A stretch of 64,000 bases of DNA. Origin: Syntrophorhabdaceae bacterium. Its GTDB lineage: Bacteria > Desulfobacterota > Syntrophorhabdia > Syntrophorhabdales > Syntrophorhabdaceae. The notes under the pieces are model-generated. The model had not been told where the DNA came from and searched no databases. It saw only the letters and a list, made by a program, of their open reading frames with translations. Positions 56,606 through 64,000 of the stretch are shown here, in pieces. The position numbers were made by a program, and so were the translations under genes. The stretch lies in NCBI GenBank assembly GCA_963665295.1, contig OY762209.1, positions 160,001 to 224,000 on the forward strand. The letters run 5' to 3'. The first letter of the stretch is position 1. The number at the start of each line of letters is the position of its first letter.

Positions 56606-58243
56606 GTGAATGAACGCCGTCCCGTGCAGGGAAAGGAATCGATCAAGAGGAAAGACGCGCCCCGTGAGCGGGGCGCTGTAGTAAAAAAATGGCGCGGCAA
56701 GATCCCGGTGTGTATTCTTTTCCCCAATTCCTATTACATCGGGATGTCCAACCTTGCCACCCACATCCTTTACAGTACACTGAACGACATGCCCGACGTG
56801 GTGTGCGAGCGGTGTTTTTCCGGCGAGGACGGTCACATTCTTTCTCAGGAGAGCGGGAGACCCTTGTCCTCCTTCGAGATCGTCTTCGCAACCCTCTCCT
56901 TCGAACTCGACTACATCAACATACCGCGCATACTTGCCGCGTCCTCGATTCGCGTATCGAGGGAAGGGAGAAACAGCGGACCCCTTATCGTGGCAGGCGG
57001 TATCGCGGTCACTTCCAACCCCGAACCTGTGCAGGCCTTCATCGACCTCTTCCTTATGGGCGATGCGGAGGTCATCATCCCCCGCTTCATGGACACATAC
57101 AGGGAACTCCGGGACGCGCCCCGCCCCGACCTCCTGGAAGGACTCGGGTCCTTCGATTTCGCATATGATCCCGGTAAACTTCAGGTAGCCTATCGCGAAG
57201 ACGGCTCCGTCGCTTCCTTCTCCCCCCCTGATTTCCACGTAAATATAGAAAGGTACAAAGGAAAGACCCTCGGTTCCTCCACAATCATCACAGACGGAGC
57301 GGAGTTCGCCGACATGTTCCTTGTGGAAGGCACGAGGGGGTGCCCTTCCCGCTGCCCCTTCTGCCTCCTCGGCAATTCCTACGGGTTCATCCATGACGAC
57401 CTTTCGGGTCTCGCCACCCAGGAGAAGGATATCGGGCTTATAGGCGGAGGGGTCTCTTTTCACCCGCGCCTCGAGGAGATCATACGGGATTTGAAGGAAA
57501 GGGGCAAGGTCCCCCATCTCCCATCCCTCAGGATGGATGAGGTCCCCCTTTCCGTGATAGAGCTTATCAAAGACGACGTGAAGACCCTCACCTTCGGCAT
57601 CGAGGCGGCCACGGAGAGACTGCGCAGGTTCATCGGCAAGCCCCTGACGGACGACGAGATCCTGGATAAGGTGGAAGGCATACTTTCCATGAAATCCTTC
57701 AATCTGAAGCTCTATTTCATGATAGGCCTTTACGGGGAAACCCGGGAAGACGTGGATGCCATCGCCGACTTCGCGAAGCGTGTAAAACACATCATGCTCA
57801 AAAGGGGGGCAAAAAGGGGTGTCCTGGGCGCCATAACCGTCCACGCAAGCCCCTTCGTCCCGAAACCCTCCACCCCTTTCCAATGGCTCCCCATGGATGA
57901 CCCCGCATCCCTGAAAGACAAGGCCGGCAGGCTCGCCAGGGCCTTCGGCAAGATCGACAACGCCTATTTTACCCATGAATCGGTGAAGCACAGCCTCCTC
58001 CAGGGGATACTCGCAAGGGGAGACAGGCGCGTGAAGGAGATGGTCGAAAGGCTCGCGAGGGGAGACAGCCTTGCAAGGGTGATCAGAGAAAGTCCGGTGA
58101 ATCCGAATTTCTATGTCCTGAGGGAAAGGGCCGAAGATGAACTCTTCCCCTGGGATTTCATCAAGGGTAACGTGAGCAGGAAGACGCTTCGAAAACGCTT
58201 CGAGGCATGTGTGAGCGCGCTCGGACCAACGGCAAAAACATAG
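56606..58243 (+). CDS. Radical SAM protein, B12-binding-like class
   Basis: FPNSYYIGMSNL, RGCPSRCPFC, PSLR, LKLYFMIG, FVPKPSTPFQW, FPWD. Confidence 0.88.
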   Translation: MNERRPVQGKESIKRKDAPRERGAVVKKWRGKIPVCILFPNSYYIGMSNLATHILYSTLNDMPDVVCERCFSGEDGHILSQESGRPLSSFEIVFATLSFELDYINIPRILAASSIRVSREGRNSGPLIVAGGIAVTSNPEPVQAFIDLFLMGDAEVIIPRFMDTYRELRDAPRPDLLEGLGSFDFAYDPGKLQVAYREDGSVASFSPPDFHVNIERYKGKTLGSSTIITDGAEFADMFLVEGTRGCPSRCPFCLLGNSYGFIHDDLSGLATQEKDIGLIGGGVSFHPRLEEIIRDLKERGKVPHLPSLRMDEVPLSVIELIKDDVKTLTFGIEAATERLRRFIGKPLTDDEILDKVEGILSMKSFNLKLYFMIGLYGETREDVDAIADFAKRVKHIMLKRGAKRGVLGAITVHASPFVPKPSTPFQWLPMDDPASLKDKAGRLARAFGKIDNAYFTHESVKHSLLQGILARGDRRVKEMVERLARGDSLARVIRESPVNPNFYVLRERAEDELFPWDFIKGNVSRKTLRKRFEACVSALGPTAKT

Positions 58244-58369
58244 GCTCCCGGCGGGTTGCCTACTTACTTACCACTTATTCTTGAGCCCCTTTCCCGCCCG
58301 GTCTCATATATATGGCGGAGCGGGAAAGGCCGATATTACACGCGGATGGCAAGCTTGCGGCGCACCCGC

Positions 58370-59143
58370 CTACCTTGCCGGAGCGGCGCCCGGTTGTGCC
58401 TGGGGCGTTGCCTGCTGTACGGGCTGTGGCGCTCCGGGGGGCGTTACGCCGGGGAAGGCCTGGCGGTTCCTGAGCGACCGGTTCGGTGTGGGCGCAGGAC
58501 CGGTCTGGGGGGCGCCGGGCGTAGCGCTCCAGGCAGGGCCGGGCGGCGTGGTCCGACCGGGGGTCGCTGCGGGGCCACGGGCGGCAGCGACGGGGTGAGC
58601 CGCGCCTTTGGCGGTTTCGGCCCCTCTCCTCTTCCCTTCGTCGGAAAGATGGACGGTCATGACCTCTTCGCCCCTTGTGAGGACTATCTTGTCATTCTCT
58701 ATCTCTTTCAGGACGAAACCGCTCAACACGTCCCCCTTCTTTATTACCTGCTGCCGGTTCCCTCTGCCGGGGGTTGTCTTCGGGGCCTTCTTGTCCTCTA
58801 TGTAGGCAAGGCCGGCTCCGTCGTTGATTATGGTCCCATAGAGCACCAACTCCGGTTTGGGGAGGGCTTTTTCCGCCTTCTTTTCCGGCGGTATCCTCCT
58901 CTCCGGGTGGAAGAGGTTGTTGTCCCCGATCGCGACATAGTCGAGGGGGGACGGCGGGGTCCGTGGAGTCGCCGGGGTGGCCTCGGCGGCGGTCACCGCC
59001 TTCGTCTTTGCGAGGGGCACGGTGAATTTCATCTTCATGCGCACCAGGGGAGCTACGGCAAAGACGAGGGTAGCCGCGATCAGGGCGAGAAGGGTCACGT
59101 TCAGGATGTTCACACTCCCGTAAAGATATCGGATCACGCGCAT
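58370..59143 (-). CDS. Type II secretion GspC-like protein
   Basis: TM, NNLFHPER, LYGTI..AYI, GDVLSGF..KEI; Pro-rich tail; operon context. Confidence 0.65.
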   Translation of the reverse strand: MRVIRYLYGSVNILNVTLLALIAATLVFAVAPLVRMKMKFTVPLAKTKAVTAAEATPATPRTPPSPLDYVAIGDNNLFHPERRIPPEKKAEKALPKPELVLYGTIINDGAGLAYIEDKKAPKTTPGRGNRQQVIKKGDVLSGFVLKEIENDKIVLTRGEEVMTVHLSDEGKRRGAETAKGAAHPVAAARGPAATPGRTTPPGPAWSATPGAPQTGPAPTPNRSLRNRQAFPGVTPPGAPQPVQQATPQAQPGAAPAR

Positions 59144-59144
59144 A

Positions 59145-59699
59145 TTACTTACCGCCCGTAAGGGCCGAAACCCTGAGTTTTACCATGAGGTCCCTCGGTT
59201 CTCTGAAATTTCTCACCCTTGTGTCGAGTTCTTTTATCACAATATAAGGCGTCCTTGTTTCGATGTTGTATAAGATATCGGTCAAGGCCTTCGTGTCGGG
59301 AAGGACCAGATCCATGGTGACGTTCACGATCTTGAACTTTCCCAAGTCCTCCGCCTTCTCGACCCTCTCGCTCGATATGGTCCCTCCCCTGCCCATGATT
59401 ATGGCCTTTACCGTATCGTCCAGGGAGTTCGCCGCGAGAGCGGGCGTGTCTGCGGCAATGATCTTCGACTCCCCTTCCTTTCTCTTTTCCTTCAGCGCCG
59501 CCAGCTTGCTCTCCAGGCCGGGCTTTTCCGCGATGATGGTTACGTATTTCTGGAGGGTTTTCACTTTCGAGGCCTGCATTTCCCTGAGGGCGGCCATTTC
59601 CGTATGAACCCTTTCGTAGCCGTAGTCGTACCCCACGAGGCCGAGAAGCACAATGACCAAGGGCGCTGCGAACCGGATAATCCTACTTCTTTTTGTCAT
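59145..59699 (-). CDS. gspM: Type II secretion protein M (GspM/PilO-like)
   Basis: TM, coiled coil, LYNIE..TPYIVI; position. Confidence 0.75.
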   Translation of the reverse strand: MTKRSRIIRFAAPLVIVLLGLVGYDYGYERVHTEMAALREMQASKVKTLQKYVTIIAEKPGLESKLAALKEKRKEGESKIIAADTPALAANSLDDTVKAIIMGRGGTISSERVEKAEDLGKFKIVNVTMDLVLPDTKALTDILYNIETRTPYIVIKELDTRVRNFREPRDLMVKLRVSALTGGK

Positions 59700-61251
59700 C
59701 TTTAGCCTTTACCTCCGCTTCCTTGACCGCTTCCTTCACCGGCTCCTTGACCTGGCCCTTTATCTCCATCTTGACTACGAACCTGTCGGCGTTCATCCTC
59801 GTGTCCCTGATGGTGGGAGACATAAACTCCACCTTCCTGAAGTATTTCGTCTGCTCGAGCTTCGGTAAGATCTCCGAAGCGGAGTTTGCATACCCCTCGA
59901 TATCCACCTGCGTCTCCGCGATCCGCGTCCTTGTAAGCCACACGGTCTTCGGCAGGGTTGCGGTAAGCTCCTTGAGCAGGGCGAGCGCCATGTGACGTCC
60001 CTCCTTGAAATCCTCGATAGAGGCGACCTCGGCGCTTAAGGCATCCACCTCTTTTTTCAGAGCCTCCACCTTTCTTACCTCTTCTTTCCGGAGCGATATC
60101 TGCCGGTTGATCTCATTGAGCCTCGCCTCCTCCCTCCGCACAGGAAGGACGGCATAGGGCACCCAGGCCGCAAGGAGGAGAAGGATGAGAACAAAAGTCC
60201 CTGCCCTGGGGACGGTCGCCACGGATCCGTTCCCCTTTCCGAGCAGGTTCAAACCCTTCGCCCTGGACCAGAGCGACTCGAAGGCAGCGCCGATGGCGAC
60301 ATAGGAGATATCCTCCGCGCCGACCGACGGGCCGAGCTTCACATCACCGGGACGGAGCGCCCTCATGGGGCAGTCCATACACCAATCCGCCGGGAGTTCG
60401 CCCTTGTCCTTCATATACACGTAGACTGCCGGCGTAAGACCAAGGCTCCTCGCCAGGTCAAAGACGGGCTCGATCCCGTTCCTGATCACCTCTGTCCTTT
60501 CCGCCGGTCCGATGCCGGAAAAGCTGCCCCCGAAGGCCGAGACCATGGTGTGGCCGTGGATAAACCCTCCTTCATACCCGAAGGAGTCCACTTCCATACA
60601 GATCGAATCCGCAGTGGGGTCTATATAGCTGCAAAACGTCCCAAGACCCGACAGGTTGATGGTCACTCTCTCGATGCCGATACCTTCCTTCTTCAGGGCC
60701 GTGAGGTACTGGTCGATCAGGTCGGCCCGCGCCGCGACAACCACGATGCTCAGTCGTCCGTCCCGTTCGTTCAGCACCTTGAAATCATAGTATGCGCTGT
60801 CCGAACTAAGGGGGGTAAGCCTGTCCAGTTCATAGGCCATCACAGTGCCGAGATCGGCCTTTACCGTGGAAGGCAGCTCCACGGTCCTCACGATAACCCA
60901 GTCTTTGGGAATACTCAGGGTTATCCCCGTCTTCGGCACCTTGAGCTCCTTGATCGCCACGGACAGCGTGCCGGCAAGACTTTCAGGGCTCAAATGCCTG
61001 CCCTCCTCGAAGGCGTATTTCCTGAACTTCACGATCCTCATCCTGGAGAGGAACCTCGTACCCAGGACAACCCATAGAAGGCCCCGCTCGATTGAGACAG
61101 CCACCGATTTCTTCGGCACTATAATGCCGTCCATGAGACTGAAGGACATGAAGCCCGCAAAGGGCCTCCACCATCCCTCCACCTTCCCCGCGAAGCGGCG
61201 CCAGGGAACGGAAAGTCCCGTCAGTTTTTGCAGCACCGCTGTTCCTATCAT
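59683..61251 (-). CDS. gspL: Type II secretion protein L (PilM-like plus PilN domains)
   Basis: ELDRLTPL..AYYD actin-like part, TM, LTATLPKTVWL..EGYA..LE PilN part. Confidence 0.75.
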   Translation of the reverse strand: MIGTAVLQKLTGLSVPWRRFAGKVEGWWRPFAGFMSFSLMDGIIVPKKSVAVSIERGLLWVVLGTRFLSRMRIVKFRKYAFEEGRHLSPESLAGTLSVAIKELKVPKTGITLSIPKDWVIVRTVELPSTVKADLGTVMAYELDRLTPLSSDSAYYDFKVLNERDGRLSIVVVAARADLIDQYLTALKKEGIGIERVTINLSGLGTFCSYIDPTADSICMEVDSFGYEGGFIHGHTMVSAFGGSFSGIGPAERTEVIRNGIEPVFDLARSLGLTPAVYVYMKDKGELPADWCMDCPMRALRPGDVKLGPSVGAEDISYVAIGAAFESLWSRAKGLNLLGKGNGSVATVPRAGTFVLILLLLAAWVPYAVLPVRREEARLNEINRQISLRKEEVRKVEALKKEVDALSAEVASIEDFKEGRHMALALLKELTATLPKTVWLTRTRIAETQVDIEGYANSASEILPKLEQTKYFRKVEFMSPTIRDTRMNADRFVVKMEIKGQVKEPVKEAVKEAEVKAKDDKKK

Positions 61252-61347
61252 GCTTTCATCCCCGTGTGCCTGCCCTTCGAGGCTTCTTTACCACGGGGGC
61301 CTCTCCTTTTTCCACCTGTCCCATCGTATTCCATATCCTTGTGTCCC

Positions 61348-62340
61348 TCACTGCCACGGTCTCATTCCCGCCGGGCTCTTATAGTATACATAACGGTATT
61401 TTCCATTGCCCTGTATTTCCACCACGGCCTTTACCCGAAGCCCCTGGGCCTGCCCCCCCTTGTATCCCACCGCCTCGATGGCATACATGTTCGATTCGGT
61501 GAGGCCGATATAGGACGACATCTGCTTGAACGCATCCCCCACGGTCTGGTTCACCTTTTCGAGGTCCTTTATCTCCTCCGACCGCCTGAGCGTGATAATC
61601 TGGTCCGCCATCTCAGGCGTCATGCCGGGAAGGGCGGCAAGGACGGCCCTGGGCGCGCTGTTCACATTGATCGCCCCCGTCTTCGAATAGACGGTGAGGA
61701 GCTCGGAGAGACCCGGTGTCTTGCCGTTCCCATACAGTATCTGCGGCGTAATCCCCTTTACGAGCAACAGTTCCTCGATGGTCTCGAATTTGTCGTTCCT
61801 CGCCTTGTAAGGGTTGGGCAAGGACATGTAATAATCACTCTCCGCCCCGTGGGCCTTGTGCAGGTCATCGCCGTCCATCCAGTCAAGGACGGAATCGACG
61901 ATGATGTCCGCCTGTTCCCTGGGCACCCCGAGGTTCACCAGCATATTATTCAATATTATGCCGGAGGTATCGGTCAAGAGGTTCACATTGAGCTTCCCTG
62001 ACTCATCAATTATATCATATATATAATAATCATTCCCCAACCGGCCCCGGTTAGCGGTTCCGTCGACTCTCACGATCTCCGTTCCCTCCAGCGTGCCTGG
62101 CTGGTTCTTGTAGAAACCCCTGTTGAACATCTCCGCAATGCCCCTCGCCACTCCCGCCTCCGCGAGAAACCTCCTTTCGGCGCCTTCCGAGTAGAAGAGG
62201 GCGCTACGGGTTTCCGTTCTCGTCATAAAGGTGAAGGAGAGGACAATGACCATGAGGATCACCACGATCCAGAGCACCATGAGGAGGGCAATGCCCTTAT
62301 CCGATCCGGCAAGAGGGCAGAGCGTGGAGCCCCTTCTCAT
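61348..62340 (-). CDS. gspK: Type II secretion minor pseudopilin K
   Basis: GIALLMVLW, DESGKLNVN, DWMDGD, EELLLVKG, INVNSAP. Confidence 0.92.
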   Translation of the reverse strand: MRRGSTLCPLAGSDKGIALLMVLWIVVILMVIVLSFTFMTRTETRSALFYSEGAERRFLAEAGVARGIAEMFNRGFYKNQPGTLEGTEIVRVDGTANRGRLGNDYYIYDIIDESGKLNVNLLTDTSGIILNNMLVNLGVPREQADIIVDSVLDWMDGDDLHKAHGAESDYYMSLPNPYKARNDKFETIEELLLVKGITPQILYGNGKTPGLSELLTVYSKTGAINVNSAPRAVLAALPGMTPEMADQIITLRRSEEIKDLEKVNQTVGDAFKQMSSYIGLTESNMYAIEAVGYKGGQAQGLRVKAVVEIQGNGKYRYVYYKSPAGMRPWQ

Positions 62341-63053
62341 GCCACGCCTCCATGCGGGCGGCCTGCCGGGGTCCCGACTCCGGGCCCCATGGCCGGACGG
62401 AAGGACGGCATTTCCGTGGCTGAGGGGTAGTAACGCGCTTCGGTAAGCGACCCCCGCGCCCGCATGGGTATAATCATGGAGATTTCCTTTCTTCCGCTCA
62501 AGAGCCTGAGCCTTATCTTCTGCGGAACCTTGGCGTCATCGGCCCACTGGTCGACCCATTGACCCTGCTCCTGGGTAGGCTCCTTAAGGAAATACTCGAA
62601 GTATATCTGGTCGAGACCCTTGAGCAGCGTGGTCTTCCGCGCATTCGTGGTCCCCACCATGCCCTCCGAGGCATAAAGGACCATCTTCCCGGACTCATCG
62701 GTCTGAACAGTGTACTCCACTACCACGTACCCCCTTCTTCCTCCCCAGATGGAATAATTGGTGGCCATCTTCATATAATCCCGCCGTCCCTCGAAATAGA
62801 CCCGTTTCGCCGCATCCCGCTCATAGGTGAGGGGTACCGCGGACTGGACCTGGGCGTCAATAATGGAGAGGGACGCCCTGAACCTTTCGAGGCCCTCGAT
62901 CTTCTTCTCCCCGCTCTCCACGGATCTGTACCCGAGCCTCAGGGCGCCCGTGGCCACGAGAATGATGACGGCCACGAGGGTAACGGAAATGAGGAGTTCC
63001 AGGAGCGTGAACCCCTCGCAAGACCCTGCTTTCTGAAATCTCTCACCCTTCAT
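62337..63053 (-). CDS. gspJ: Type II secretion pseudopilin J
   Basis: GFTLLE prepilin motif; order H-I-J-K. Confidence 0.82.
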   Translation of the reverse strand: MKGERFQKAGSCEGFTLLELLISVTLVAVIILVATGALRLGYRSVESGEKKIEGLERFRASLSIIDAQVQSAVPLTYERDAAKRVYFEGRRDYMKMATNYSIWGGRRGYVVVEYTVQTDESGKMVLYASEGMVGTTNARKTTLLKGLDQIYFEYFLKEPTQEQGQWVDQWADDAKVPQKIRLRLLSGRKEISMIIPMRARGSLTEARYYPSATEMPSFRPAMGPGVGTPAGRPHGGVA

Positions 63054-63074
63054 GATCAGGTCCGACGCCTCCCG

Positions 63075-63503
63075 CTACACCCTTCTCTCTATCATCTTCA
63101 TGGTCCTTACCGTCAGCCTTCTCGGTTTGGAGTTCTTCATCCAGTGGACTGTCAGGGCGACCTCGAGGAGTTGTACCGGCAGGTCCTTGGTCCTCTCCTG
63201 CAACACCTCGGACACGGCAACGTCCACGCTGTAGCCGTCCGCCGTGGTCTCGGTCCATGTGTTTATGGGCAACGCGTCGTCATCGACGAGTTCCCTCATT
63301 CTCGTTTCGGCCCTCACCGTGGCTGCCACGTAATCCTCCGAAGCCCGCAGCGCCCGGAGGTCCGCGGAGAAGAGCTGAAAGACGATGGTGGCCGCCATAC
63401 CGAGTATGGAAAGGGCCACAAGAACTTCAAGGAGCGTGAATCCCCGATCCCCTCCGTCGATTCTCTTCCCTGTCCTCCACCTGCGCATAATGATGATGCT
63501 CAT
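63075..63503 (-). CDS. gspI: Type II secretion pseudopilin I
   Basis: GFTLLEVLVAL; order. Confidence 0.82.
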   Translation of the reverse strand: MSIIIMRRWRTGKRIDGGDRGFTLLEVLVALSILGMAATIVFQLFSADLRALRASEDYVAATVRAETRMRELVDDDALPINTWTETTADGYSVDVAVSEVLQERTKDLPVQLLEVALTVHWMKNSKPRRLTVRTMKMIERRV

Positions 63504-63985
63504 TGCCGTATCTTCACCGACCCCATCACCGGGTCCATCTCTATATAGACCGCCTTCTTTTTGTAGGAAAGGACTACCGTCCCCCCTTCCACGCCGCCCG
63601 TGGAATGAAAGAAGATAGGATACTTGCCGTTAAATACCTCACCGTACGCAGGGTCCAGCACCTTGAGGCCTATGTTCGCCGGTATGGGCTTCATGCGGAG
63701 CCCTTCCACCCCGTACTGCCTTGCATCGAGGTCCAGAGTCAGGATCAAGTCTTCTCCGCGGTTCTGAGCGAGAAATCTCATCTGCCTGATGGTGGCGGAT
63801 ATATCGCGCCCCGTGGCGGAGAGCCTCGCGGATGGAAGGCTGGTGGCAAACTGGATTGTGGCCAGCCCGAGAATGAGTCCCGCAAGGAGCATGACGATCA
63901 CCAATTCGAGGAGGGTGAAACCATCCCGTGCCCCGGGAGGGTGTAACCGGCCTTTATGTGCGTCAACCATGGCCGCCTGCCTCAA
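63500..63985 (-). CDS. gspH: Type II secretion pseudopilin H
   Basis: GFTLLELVIV, FHSTGG.GGTV, DPVMG; start uncertain. Confidence 0.82.
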   Translation of the reverse strand: MRQAAMVDAHKGRLHPPGARDGFTLLELVIVMLLAGLILGLATIQFATSLPSARLSATGRDISATIRQMRFLAQNRGEDLILTLDLDARQYGVEGLRMKPIPANIGLKVLDPAYGEVFNGKYPIFFHSTGGVEGGTVVLSYKKKAVYIEMDPVMGSVKIRQ

Positions 63986-64000
63986 AACGGCATATCCGTG

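Noticed and set aside
38963..57991. Long antisense ORFs over hflX, dcw and radical SAM genes
   Set aside because: Typical GC-rich shadow frames opposite well-supported genes, with no motifs.
58370..63985. T2SS operon as a novelty
   Set aside because: Standard pseudopilin H-I-J-K then L-M order; nothing unusual visible.

Overview
GC-rich chromosomal window from what looks like an anaerobic deltaproteobacterium (Desulfobacterota-like; inferred from gene content only). Left to right: (1) partial bioB, a PP-loop tRNA-thiolation-like gene, a tRNA-Pro 3' fragment and a frameshifted radical SAM remnant. (2) A secreted WD40-caspase (C14), DUF4384 and TPR-lipoprotein locus. (3) A ~19.5 kb metal-uptake region (TonB-dependent receptor, DUF364, TonB, FmdE, methyltransferase, FecBCD-type ABC, a secreted CxxCH/tetrapyrrole-methylase fusion, APC permease, mop, modABC, exbBD, radical SAM pair); four of its promoters carry ModE-type palindromes (CGTTATATA-N6-TATATAACG). 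(4) A ~10 kb repeat-punctuated defence island (excisionase, YkgJ, ietAS-like AAA+S8, IS3 remnant, P-loop ATPase + 144-bp-repeat TPR protein, vapBC) separating that region from a short modE. (5) hflX with a probable non-canonical start and an RfaH-like gene. (6) An otherwise complete dcw cluster in which the ftsI and ftsW slots both hold shortened, apparently catalytically degenerate proteins. (7) A convergent type II secretion operon (gspH-I-J-K-L-M, C-like). The strongest candidates for new biology are the degenerate FtsW/FtsI pair and the ModE-controlled TonB-dependent uptake/processing cluster. All assignments are by-eye motif recognition; no searches were run.
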